Assembly: GCF_001194135.2 (NCBI RefSeq)
Contig: NC_069001.1
Coordinates: 39,884,885-39,935,887, forward strand
Reading direction: 5' to 3'
Source: Octopus bimaculoides
Lineage: Eukaryota
Length of the DNA: 51,003 bases
Translations under genes and position numbers: made by a program
In this document: positions 37,373 to 49,691 of the stretch, in pieces
Layout: each line of letters opens with the position of its first letter
Numbering within the stretch: position 1 is the first letter of the stretch
The notes under the pieces: generated by a model
The model's input: the letters and a program-made list of their open reading frames with translations, nothing else
Databases searched by the model: none
What the model was told of the DNA's origin: nothing

Positions 37373-37452
37373 TAGATCACAAACTATACCATTTGAACTA
37401 ATCTAGATCACAAACTATACCATTTGAACTAATCTAGATCACAAGCTATACC
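37373..37452. repeat. 31-bp minisatellite, about 2.6 copies
   Basis: Unit tagatcacaaactataccatttgaactaatc. Confidence 0.9.
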
Positions 37453-38029
37453 AGAGACATGTATGTAGCTCACATACTACACCGGAAATTTCTTAGAATA
37501 TGAATTTATAAAAATATTTCCAGACGATCAACCCTTTAATAATTGCTTTCTTTCAGATGTGACACTTTCTGGAGACCTCAATAGCATAATGGATTCAACA
37601 TTTCTTTGTAAAATATATTTGTTTTATATAAATAGGAGATAAAAACAAAACATTATCAAATCTGGAAATCAGAATCATGTGTTGGTTAACTTTAGAAAAG
37701 TTGAATGACGGGTTTTGCTGTGTTTATATTATTGGATGACAAATGAAAGACATAACCCAGACATAAACATGATAGATGATACATACACATATATTGAGAG
37801 GTACAGAAATAACCCAAAATATACTTTATATAGACATACTTTATCTGATAAATCTTCACAGCTGTTTTCTCGGATCCTGTTTAGCAAAACAATTATGGCT
37901 GTCGTTCATACAGAGCTATGTTTTCAACATCAAAACCTGATTTTCGTACTTTGAACACCATTGATTTATATTGAGTGTCTATGTATGAACTCTTTATTAT
38001 CGCAGATTTTATTTTAATGTTTATGCATT

Positions 38030-39001
38030 AGTATCCTAAAATCAAACGCGATATATTTGATTAGTCGCTGCGAAGGTATACTGTAAACAAGACACAGAAA
38101 GCCAGACGAATCAATGTTTCATCTTCTCTACAGAATGTCAACTGCGTCAAGAATCGCATAGATTATCTCAGTTAATTTAAGTTTCTCGACTTATTGTATA
38201 ACATATGTGAGACTCTACCGTATGTGTACTTGTTATATAGTCTTAGCACGACTAGTTTTTATCTAGTTACTGCCTTCTCACCAGAAGTTATACACGTCTA
38301 TGAACATATCTATACACATCGATGTCTCGATGTTTTATTTAGTTGTTAATACGCACTGTTTCTAAATGAAGAGACATGCAAAATCGGTGACGTATTTTAC
38401 TTGCGCACCTAATTTCAACGACACTTTTATCTACTAAGCTGCTAGCTACCAGTTTAATCAGTAGGATGACCAACGAATAAACTGTAATAACCAATCGAAA
38501 CTAGTCGATTTGTTCTCCTGTTTGACTGAGAGAAAGAGAGAGCAGTGTAAGTTAATCACAAGCCTATCTCTATTGGTGATGGTCTATTAGTTGCACCACT
38601 AATTAGAGTTATCTCCCTTGCTAATTGTTTTTGCTTTCGAATTCCAACTCGTCTTTGGTGGTTTCTCTCTAATAATTGCACGGGTAACATCAGTTAATTG
38701 AAGTTTCTCAACTCCCTCTAATACGCTTGTAAGACCCAACTGTGAGCCCTTATTTAATGTCTGGATTTTTTGACGCGTGAAATTACGATCCATTTAGTAA
38801 TATCAACGCAGAAATCTTTCTCTGTCTCCATATCTACCTATCTGTCCATCTATCTATCTATTTCTTTGTCTATCTATCTATCTGTCTGTCTGTGTATGTT
38901 GAGACTTTGACATTAAATTACTTCTCAACTAAATTTAGTTATCGTGTTGGCGACGTCAGATGTTGATATCGGTATTAAAATAATCGTTTGACAATTAAGC
39001 C
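38030..39001. promoter_or_regulatory. Probable bidirectional promoter region for RTF2 and NUDT18
   Basis: Lies between divergent start codons and is visibly richer in CpG than flanking introns; an acceptor 18 nt before the RTF2 ATG (AG at 36021-36020) implies an upstream non-coding exon, with a candidate donor gtgaga at 38281 (-). TSSs cannot be located from sequence. Confidence 0.5.
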
Positions 39002-42000
39002 ATGGAGAAAATAGCGAATGACATCAGACTTTTATTTGACAGAAAAGCTGTTGATTTGGCAAGTAAGGAGCCCGATATAAGTCGTACAAGTGAGTATTCC
39101 TGCTAACATATTCGTTTTTCGCCCACATCACTCTCCCTTTTTATGTTTTCGCTTTAGTTTAACGTCAGATTTGGCCCTTTTTTGTGCGTCTATTTTTAAT
39201 CGATTGAATGTTTCTTCCCCGCTAACGTTTAAGATCTATTATCAATAAATAGAAAACATCTTTCGATCTTTTCGGGGAATATTTAAAAGTTATTTCAAAA
39301 CTGTTTCCATTTTATAATTGTATTTTTACAAGGGAGAAAAGGAGAACTAGATGTCAGGGTAGGGAAAAATTAGTAACCGAGGTAAAACGAGTAATTTCTG
39401 ATTTCTCCTTACTTTCTCCCTACCTCTTCGAAATCTTAACAGTGATGTTGTATATATATATATCAGGAAGAGAGCCACTTCAGCAGATCATGAAGAAGCT
39501 ATACAGAACATTGTATTTACATTTGACGGATATTTGTCCTCTTAACCACTATACCATATTTTATTTAGCGAGGTCGTTGCTGGACTGCTTCCTGTGCAGG
39601 TGGCACATAAAATACACCATTTTGAGCGTGGCCGTTGCCAGTACCACCTGACTGGCTTTCATGCCGGTAGCACATAAAAGCACCCATTACACTCTCTGAG
39701 TGGTTGGCGTTAGGAAGGGCATCCAGCTGTAGAAACTCTGCCAAATCAGATTGGAGCCTGGTGTAGCCATCTGGTTCGCCAGTCCTCAGTCAAATCGTCC
39801 AACCCATGCTAGCATGGAAAGCGGACGTTAAACGATGATGATGATGATGATGATTTTATTTTGTTGTTATTATTTTCCAGACAGCCAGTATGTCCCTGTG
39901 GTGAAAAAAACAGTAGGCTACATAGTATGTGGAATAATTTTTGATAATTTGAATCAAGTTCTTATGATGCAAGAAGCTAAATCTTCATGCTTTGGAACTT
40001 GGTATGCACCTGCTGGTAGGGTGGAACCTGGAGAAAACTTGACTGTAAGTTCTCATTATAAATCTCTATTTTTCTCTTTCAACTTATAAACCAATATGTT
40101 ATATAATCTTTATTTATTTCAAAAACCTGCTCATTATATAACGTTTAACCTTTTACTTTACAAACTAATATGTTATATAAATACTGTTTAGCTGTGTATA
40201 TAATATCATTATTTCTCAGACTAAGTTCATGTTCTCTTATTTCAATGTCTACATCTAATGTTTATATGACGTAGTCAGAAGAAGGACAGCACCCTATGAC
40301 CTTTCCCAGGGACTCTGACTGGTGGGAGGAAGGAAGGAAGTTATTCTCAAACACCAGACCTAACAGGAATGCTTACAACAGTCCAGACTCCACTAAAGCC
40401 ATCCAAGGGCCAGACGGTTGTCTTGAATTGCACAACAGAATCAGGTCTATTATTGCAAATCAAGAGCAGTGATTCCTCTGACATAGTTTCTGTCTGTGAA
40501 CTTCAAGCATGGATGTCATTCATTTATGAAGTTCATGTTTGAAGGACTTGCTTGGAAACAGACGAGGGTTGGTGACAGGAAAAGTATCTGGCTACAGAAG
40601 ATTGCTTCAATAAAATTCGTTTGACCCTGCAAGTATGGAAAGTCAACACTAAAATGATGATGATGGTGTGTGTGTGTGTGTGTGAATACATTTTAAAAAG
40701 AATATACAACTAATATATAATTTAAAATGTCAAGCTTTGAAAATTCAGAGTTGAGGAATAATTAGGAAAGTGAGAGCAATAATTAGACGTGACTAAAAGT
40801 TGTGCATCATATTCATTTTGATTGATGCTTTGTCAGCTTTAAAGATTACCAAACTATTTCATATATTTTTCATAGCTTAAATTTAGATGTCCCTGCTTAC
40901 TTGGTCAGCCCTGATCACATCAATGACTTTCCAGGACCATTATAGTTTTCCTTCTCCTTTAATTCAGACCAATTCTTACCAGAACTGCTGTGTGCAATGT
41001 GTCCTTCCTTCTTTTAAACAGCAGATTGTGAATTGTGGGTTACTTGACTGTTATTCTTGGCAGTTTGGTTGATTATATAGAGAGTTATTCATTAGTCCAT
41101 AAGAAGTGAAGTAATGACTATGAACATTGGTAATTTCATCAAGTAATGAAAATAAATTGATAAGGTTTTGTTATTTCAAACATAGTGATTTATCTGCAAT
41201 GTTTTTCAGGATGCTGTGAAAAGAGAGGTTTTGGAAGAGACAGGCTTGTTGTTTGATCCTCTTACCCTTATCTGTGTTGAATTTGGTTCTGGTCGTTGGT
41301 ACCGGTTTACATTTACAGGGAAAACTGTTGGTGAGATCAATCTTTTTATTGTACATAAAATAAAAAGAAAATTATTGAATTGTTTGATGAGCTACTCCTG
41401 ATACACGCTAATCAATAATAATAAATTGATCGCTTAACATTAAAACTGAAGTGAACTACATTCAGTGTGGGTGTTTATTGACTAACATGGCCCTCCCAAA
41501 GTATATCATTTATCATAAGTATTATCTTTATTCAAGGGAAATTTTCCATCTGTTTTCAGGAGGTTCTTTAAAAGATTCTTCTCGAAGTGACAGTGAATCT
41601 CTGCAGGCAAAATGGATTTCATATAGTGACATCAAAACTGGCAAAATTAGGTTGCGGTAATTATTTTTTTAAGGTTTTTATGTTTATAATGAATATTTTT
41701 ATGATAATATATTTTTATGTTTATCTAAAAATTACTGACACTAAACTATTTTTAAAATTTACTATGATTAAAAAAAAAACATTGGAAATATGATTATTGT
41801 AAGAGCATGGAGTTATATCAGACAAAATCCCTTTGATGTGTGTGGTTGTTGTTTAACCCCAGGTGTTCTGCTAAGTGGTCAGACCTAGGACCAACTGCAT
41901 TCTTGCCATGACCATCTTGTCTTTATAAAGTCATGTGGAACTTGTTTTCGGAAGTAAGATGGAAAGGTGAGGGGTAGGGGTGTGTAGAGAACAGAAAGTA

Positions 42001-44171
42001 GATGAGGGAGGAGGGAAGGCATGGGTGAGAGAAGGGGCAAGGTTGTAAGTAAGAGAGAGAGAGAGATAGGTAAGAGAAGAGGAGCAAGTAGTATCAAGAA
42101 GATATGATTATTTCATTTCCTTCCATTCTACTTTGATGAATTATTCCACAAAAGTCAGAATTTAAAAAAATAGACATTGTTTTTGGTTGAAAAATAAATA
42201 GAATGATGTTTATTTAGTTGTCCACTGTTTTATTCTCTCAGGTCAAAGGATATCCTCCCTCTACTAGAATTGGGGTTGCAATACAAGAAACGTAGCCCTG
42301 AAAGTTGTCATGGTGATTGCCTTCCTGTTCAGATACCCCACAAACGTTTATTTCTAAGAATGGTAATTGCAGTGAAGACAGACAGGTGTGTTTTGAGATT
42401 TCTTTTTTTTTATATATGGCAAAATGTAATCATTTCATCTTTAAAATTATTCTTCCACTGTAGGCGCAGTTGTGCATTATTCAGATTTATGGTATTGTTG
42501 ACTTTATCTTTCCAGTGATGTGAAGTTATTGGTCAAGTTAAATACACTTCCATATCTCCCTGTCACTGATATCGCTCCTGATGACTGGTCCCTGTTCATG
42601 TCTGTTTTTTTTCTTCTAAGAGTAAGTGTCTGTATCATTGCTTTATCATCTGAAAATCTCTTTTTCTTGGTATTGGGTCTTCATCACTAGTTTAACACTC
42701 ATTTGTTTTCATTATAAATATATTGATGTTCTATCTCAATATTTCCTCATCATACACACAAATCAAGGAATTCCTTCCTTAACTTCTGATGTAGTTGTCA
42801 GGGTGCCATCTTTCTCCAGGCCTAACCGAAATCAGTTTCTTCCAGAGAGAGAGAGAAGAATCAATTCTTGTACTGAACTTTATTTATCAACCCCTATGAG
42901 ACCCCAAATGCAAAGCTGATTTCAGCACAGTTTGATGCTGGATCAAATACCACAAATATCTGATGCTCTACCAACTCAGTTGATTTGCTGCCTTCAATTA
43001 TCAGATTACCAATATTTTGGAATCTCCTCTTTATACTCTGACATCATCCACTTTTGTTTAATCAAATATTCATATTTTAGTCAAAACATTTTCCATTTTT
43101 CTCTATTAATTGCAGGCTTTAATTAAATATTAAACACTCACAAACTAAATTTCATACAATGACATTGACTATAATTCTACATTTGAAACAGTTTCTTTGG
43201 ATCCTCCTTTTTTTTATTTTGGAGTAACAACATGTTTCTGGTAAAGTAGGGTTGTCCTTCTCCTGCACTTCGCTCAGGTTAGGTAACCATGTATCTCTTT
43301 TTCAGCAGCACACCTGCTTCTGTATTCATTTCTGATCTCTCTCTCACCATTGGCTGGGTAAGCTTGTACCTCCTCTACAGCAAGACACCTGTTTCTCTCT
43401 CACTATACCCTTTCATCATCTAACACAAGATCACCTCCTCCAGTTCCCCCCTCCCCTCTCAAAAGGTTTTAGTCTTGCAAGTTACTTGGCGGCCCTGTCA
43501 ATGTGGGTGCCACTTAAAAAAGCATCCAGTCCACACTGTAAAGTGGTTGGTGTTTGGAAGGGCATCCAGCTGTAATAAGCTTGCCAAAACTGACCTCGCC
43601 TGTGTTTGTGCCATGTAAAAAGCACGAAGTCCACTCTGCTGAGTGGTTGGTGTTAGGAAGGGCATCCAGCTGTAAAAATCCTGCCATAACAGTCACAAAA
43701 GTCTGATGCAAGCTTCTGCCTGGTCAGTTCCTGTCAATCCGTCCTACCCATGCCAGCATGGAAGATGGACGTTAAACAATGATCATGATGATGATGACCT
43801 TGTCCTACATAAAATATTATGCATTATTTTAAAATTGTTTAATATTGAAGTTCCTCACTAATATTACAACTTATTGTACTATATTTGATGTTTTCATCTT
43901 CTTCTAGGATGCTTTTGGTCAACATAGTATGGAACCTAAAATTTGTGGTATTTTATCTGTGGAACATTGTGGTCTTCCAGCAGCTGTTAATGATGGCATT
44001 TGTTTAACGTGTGTGTTTTCTTTGAATTCATCTGATGAGGAGCAACTGAACAAGTTTGTCAACCAGAACTACCAATGGTATTCTGTCAGTGATCCTGAAC
44101 TTAAGAATCTACTCCTTCATTCTTTAACACCAGGAATGTCTGTGCCACTTATTGATCTCCATTCTTACTAA
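39002..44171 (+). CDS. NUDT18: Nudix hydrolase 18-like (8-oxo-dGDP phosphatase, NUDT18/MTH3), 7 exons, 327 aa
   Basis: Exons: 39002-39089, 39881-40044, 41210-41330, 41560-41656, 42242-42385, 42516-42621, 43908-44171. Sum 984 nt, phases consistent. Intact Nudix box GRVEPGENLT|DAVKREVLEETGL (GX5EX7REUXEEXGU), split by an intron. Family segments VLMMQEAKSSCFGTWYAPAG, DSESLQAKW, LRSKDIL, DGICL. Confidence 0.92.
39590..39853 (+). mobile_element. RTE-tail SINE copy in NUDT18 intron 1
   Basis: Same family; (GAT)n tail ends about 27 nt before exon 2. Confidence 0.85.
43495..43797 (+). mobile_element. RTE-tail SINE copy (older, with internal duplication)
   Basis: agtggttggtgtt(t/a)ggaagggcatccagctgtaa occurs twice; ends catgccagcatggaagatggacgttaaacaatgatcatgatgatg. 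Confidence 0.75.
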
Positions 44172-45419
44172 ATAGTACTATTATCTGCCATCTGTTCCCT
44201 ACTGCAGTTAGCAAGTCTCACATTTACCCACAACAAAGGTAAATTTGTTTAAAATTTTAAATGTTTATTGTTCTACCTAAATATATTTTTTCCTTTGTCA
44301 CAATCTTATGTGAACAGGTAACAGTTAATCTCTTCTAGGAAGCTTTGTCTGCCAGCTCTTTTTTTTTTCTTTCTCACAACATGCATTGAATACTATCTTA
44401 TCTAATATAGTATTAAATACTTTTATTTTTAAGATGATAAAGTGATATTTAAGTGAAATTTAACTATTATTTCTAGCAAGTCAAGCTATCGCATATAGGT
44501 TTATTTATTGCTTTACTTTCAACGACTTCTCCATAGTTATAAAAAGTGGGGCTGGTATTAAAATGTATGAAGGACTGATGTATGTTGTAGTTTGGAATCT
44601 TCTTTAAACTTTCTGTAATCTGTTAAGGTTTTTCTACTTTAATTTATTTTTCAGTTTAATTCATGATTGATAATCTTCTGGAATTTGTCAACACGTACAC
44701 TTGCTGCACAATTAAGAGGAATGGAAGTTCACACAGAAAGTATAGATTCAAACTTAAAGCAAAGTGACAAATCATTTTGATTACAGAATGGAAAAAAAGG
44801 AATATCAAGGAATTCAGTGATGAACAACAAATACTAATTTTATTTTCATGTCCACACCAATGAACTTGTATGTAAATAAATAATGGATGGAGTTGATTTT
44901 TAAGATCTACTTCCTCCCACCCATCCCATAATCCATAATAAGTGGAATAAGGTGAAGTGGTATGGTGTGTGATAATTAACTGAAGACCAGTGAACATCTT
45001 TTAAGTTACTAATTGAAAGCATAAAATACTTCCGTGGCCGTCATTGTTTTCTTCCCGATGTTACTGATGAAACCATCAACTGTTTTTACTGGAAAACAAT
45101 ATAATGTTATTTATCTTTTATTTTGCTAAGATCTGTCATATGATACTGTGTGTAGAAGTAGATGATGGTGTGTTTTAAAGGATTCATTCTGCCAATAAAA
45201 ATCCATGCACTGGTTGTAACACTCTTTATTCAATGACTTATCAAATACCCAGGGAATTCATTGAGAAGGTTACAGATGTGTAACAAATGACTTTCACTTA
45301 TTGATTAAGACAACCAATGTGTCTATTTTTATTTGTACCCTTCTAAAATGCATCAAGACAATTGTTAATCCTTAACAAAAACAGGGAAATTTCTAAAGAA
45401 ATCTTTTGAAATTTGCCAA

Positions 45420-45800
45420 AGCTGTTTCCATGTCTGGGGTAACACTGCTTCTCTACACGGACAGCTTAGCTTACCACTAAAGAAAAGCCACTCAGCAGAT
45501 TGGTACAAAGTCTCTTTCCCTAATGTGTTCCAATCTCTGTCTCACAGATGTCACTTCTAAAGTGTGACACAAGGGACACAAACAAGTTTCTTGCTGTTGA
45601 GAAAATACCTTGGATGGAGCTGGAAAGTGAGATAAAGGTAGTGGTGTCAATGTGTCTGAGTGTATCCTCAAGATGCAAGAAGGTGAATAGAAGAGTGATG
45701 GAAGAATCAGTGATAGGGAGATGAGGGAATGGTGGGAAAGGCTTGACAGAAATAAATTGGTCAAGGGGGTCACTTTTGTGTGTACACATGATCTTTCCAG
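45420..45800 (-). mobile_element. Possible highly decayed Penelope-like GIY-YIG remnant
   Basis: Frame-hopping FSTARNLF / CPLCHT / RQRLEHIR...VAF resembles TCxxxNLIYCIxCxxC..YIGETxRxLxxRxxEH; weak. Confidence 0.4.
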
Positions 45801-46399
45801 GCCCTCATATAAACAGATCTTTTCAATCACCACATATCACCAGACATCTCAGCTCTTTGTCCTCTCAAAATCCTGAGATCCCCTTTCACTACTTTGTCCC
45901 ATGCTTCTTTGGGTTTCATAAAAGTTTAATATTTTAATTTATTTTATGTGATCTGTCATGATTTTTTAATGTTTTGATTTATGTCATATATTTTGGATAC
46001 TTCTGTTTAAACATTACAATTTGGATGTTAAATGTGATAATGTATGGCGTAAACACTTATTTAAAATAAAATTACATGTTTATGAGTTTGTAGAATTTAA
46101 GATTCGTTATTTTTCTCAGCACAGAATTCTACATACTTGCAGTTTACCTCTGATATTGAAAAGGTCCCCACCCTTACTGTACAGACTCCCTTACTGATTC
46201 ATTTTATTGAACATCCAATTTTTGGGTGCCATTTGTTATTGCAACTGTATATATCTCATCATCATCATCATCATTTAACATCTCTTTTTATGCTGGCATA
46301 GGTTGGACAGTTTGACATGAAGATGATGATGATGAGCCAGAAGGTTGTGCTGAGCTCCATTTGTACCGGATTTCTGCAGAGTTTTGAATTTTTAAAAAA

Positions 46400-47587
46400 C
46401 TTTTTTTGCAATTGTCTGATAATACAGACATAGACTTTCCCAAATGCATCAATAAATTAACATTGATATTTCTTTCACCATTGTTACAATGGAACTGTCA
46501 AAACACAATATTCGAGCAATTTTGCTATTCAACTTCAAAAAAAGGGCATAAAGCAGCTGAAACTGCTCGCGATATCAACAAAACGTTTGGTGAGGAAATG
46601 ACCTGTGAGTGGTCAGCTCGAAAATGGTTTAACCAATTTAGCAGTGGAGACCTGAGCCTTGAAGATCATGAGCATCCATCTGTCATTGATGACGGTTAGT
46701 TAAAGACCGTCATTGAGAAAGATCCACATAAAACCACTCGAGAACTGGCAAAAGAACTTCAAGTTAGCTAGAAAACTGCCATAACCATTTGCATATGATT
46801 GGAAAAAAAAAAAGCTTGATGAATGGGTACCACACGATTTGAATGAAAATCAGAAAATGTGCAGATATGAAATTTGCTTGCTGCTTCTTCTCCATAACCA
46901 GACCAAACCAAACCATTTCTTGACCGTATTGTAACTTGCGATGAAAAGTGGATTCTGTACAATAATAAAAAATGGTCTTCGCAGTGGTTGGACCAATATG
47001 AAGCACTGAAAACCTTCCCTAAACCCGAGCTCTTCAAAAGGATGGTTATGGTGACTGTTTGGTGGTGTACTGCTGGATTCATCCACTATAACTTCTTAAA
47101 ACCTGGTAAAACCATTACTGCCGAAACACATTGCCATGAAATTGCCAAAGTGAATGAAAAACTGCCACTTCTCCATCTAAGACTGGTCAACAGAAGAGGG
47201 TCAATCATTTTTCATGACAATGCTTTACATGTTTCACTAATGACACTCCAGAAGTTGAGGGAACTTGGCTACAAAGTTCTTCCCCACCCTGCTTATTCCC
47301 CAGACCTTTCTTTTACCGACTACCTCTTTTTCAAGCACCTTGATGGTTTCCTGTGAGAGAAGGAGTTCAAAAATCAATCCGATGCTGAAAGTGCATTCAA
47401 AGAGTTCATCAGTTCCAGAATTCTAAATTTTTATGTTACCGGAATAAACAAACTTGTAACTCGTTGGCAAAAATGTGTTGATTGTATAATGGTACTTACT
47501 TTGATGAATAAATTTTCTGCATTGTTGAAATATATTGTGATGAATTTCATGTTTCAAAACATTGTTTACTTTTTACTCAGCCTGACA
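46400..47587 (+). mobile_element. Near full-length inactivated mariner (Hsmar1/cecropia-like, DD34D) element
   Basis: ATG 46489 MELSKHNIRAILLFNF, KKGHKAAETARDIN, DEWVPHDL, FLDRIVTCDEKWILY, MVTVWW, IIFHDNA, HPAYSPDLSFTDYLFFKHL, GINKLVTRWQKCVD with several stops and frameshifts; 3' TIR-like aaacattgtttactttttactcagcctga. Confidence 0.92.
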
Positions 47588-49074
47588 TATATACCAATGC
47601 TGGTGCGTTTATATTCCCGTAATGTAGCAGTTCAGCAAAAGGAACTGATAGAATAAGTACTAGGCTTACAAAAACGGGGTCAAGTTCTTAGACTAATACT
47701 GTTTAAAGCAGTGCTCCAGCATGGCTGCAGTCAAATGACTGAAACAAATAAAAGAATAAAGTTTGAATGACTGAAACTGGTACAATAAAATTAATTCAAA
47801 ATAATTGAAAGAATTTTATGAAATATTGTTTTACAATTTTATATACCTTCAATATTGCTTCTGTTTTTTTTTTGGTAAATAGATAATAATACTGAGTCTT
47901 CTTCGTTTTAATTATCATTTTTACAATGAATGACTCCTTCAGGAGCATACCTTTTGGGGTCTTTAAGTGCATCATAGACTTTATCACAGTCTGGAAAAGG
48001 AAAACAGAAAGTTAGAGCTCTAGTACGGGTATAATACGTCCCAAATTTATAGAAGGCTTCACATTTTGAAGGAGAGTAAAATCAATTTGATTATGCTGGT
48101 ATTCTCATATTTGATAAAACAAGTACCAGGGGAATATTGGAGGGATCAAATCATACACTCCCCCAAGATATGCAGCTTGTCACTTCATTAGAAATCAAGG
48201 GGGAAAGAGAAAAAGAAAAGGAGAAGGAAAAATAGGAAGGGAAGGAGGAGGGGTAAAAAGAGGAAACTACACATATAATACAAAACTTAGAAGCAGTGCT
48301 ACAGATGTGCCAGCACACACGAGCCTGAGACATGGCTGCCCTCGCGCACTTCTCACGAGGAATTCTGGAAGGAGCTTCGTGAGACCAGTGCAGAGACACT
48401 TCTGGGGAAAGAAAAAGAAAGACGCCATCGGAAAATCGATTGTAACAGTGACTCAATCAATCCCTAGGGACATCTGAAAAAGGAATTTTTATATTCCAAA
48501 ATATTATATTCAGACGATGGATGATTAAATTAGAACAGTTATTATAGTCCATTGTTGTTGTTATGGTGCATTGTTGTGCCATTCAAAACACATTATTACT
48601 ATTTATTATTATTGTTTACAATATTTCTAAGTATTAATCAATGATAATAATAATAGTAATCAGGCAGTGGCTCTCTTGGTTTCTGATCTTAACTGATTGG
48701 AAGTGTTATCGTGTACATTGTTTTGTTTTGGTATAAAAGATGCGCAACAGCAAATATTCTGCTCAATACCACAGATTTGCTTGTCAGTTGTTTGACCTTA
48801 ACCAGTTGAGCATGTCCCTTGGCGGCTGATGATATGTGCATCTCTGATCATGAGCAGAAGTATTGGGGGAGCATCATAGCCATGAGTTGAGAGGAATTCT
48901 TTGGGGTTTGAATAATTCATCTCTGCAAACATGGGTGTTTCATTCATCGTCCTTCAACAAACCTTATTCAGGGACCTTTTGAGTGGCATTCTTTTGACTC
49001 AATTGTAACTTCAAACGCAAACAGAGCTGAAGCTGAAATTCATTTCTTGCCAAAAAGAAATATAATTTCGTCTT

Positions 49075-49285
49075 GTTGCTGTGATGGCAGCAACAACAAC
49101 AATGACTACAGCAGCAGTGACAATGTGAACAGCAGCTGCAGCACAGACAGCAGCAACAACAATAACAGCAACTGTATCGGCAACATTAGCAGCATGAACA
49201 ACAAGACCGAAAACAACAAAAGTAACATGAACAACAAGATTGAAAACAACAACAACAACAAGAGCAGCAATAATAACATAATGAA
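49075..49285. repeat. Degenerate (AAC/AGC)n low-complexity tract
   Basis: Direct reading. Confidence 0.85.
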
Positions 49286-49691
49286 TCTTTACTGAACCCC
49301 TGCCAAGCGAGAGGCCTTCTTCTCTTGAAGTTCCAGTTTAATTTTCCCTGTTACAATCAGTTTCTTTTGGAAACTTTTTCTCTCTCATAAACTGAGGTAA
49401 GGTAACATTCGTCACTATTGCCTGAACGTGTGATTTTGTAGTGTTGTAATGTGATCTTACCGATATAAATACCAACTTCTTTCCAAAAGACGCTGCTCCA
49501 TTGGCACTCTTTCTTCATGCAATCATGTTTCGTTATGGTAACCCAAAACGCCCTTCCGCAGACACATTCACCCACAACCATGCATCCTTTGCAAGATGGA
49601 TAGACCTCTAAAAAAAAAGAGAAATTACAAAATAATATCTAAAGTGAGTTTATAACGATAATAATGATAACAACAACAATAATAATAATAA

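Noticed and set aside
45045-45100. Hammerhead-like CTGATGA...GAAA (also at 18340-18385 and 21609 minus)
   Set aside because: Stems I and II cannot be formed around the core
46536-46546. A-AAA-AAG slippery heptamer in the mariner ORF
   Set aside because: The lesion is one extra A, which needs a +1 shift rather than -1, and the element has other stops; simple decay
48290-48470. GC-richer exon-like segment
   Set aside because: One frame (EEFWKELRETSAETLLGKEKERRH) resembles an RTE LINE linker; no convincing splice sites, and too weak to annotate
49047-49295. Asn/Ser-rich 82-aa ORF
   Set aside because: Degenerate AAC/AGC microsatellite
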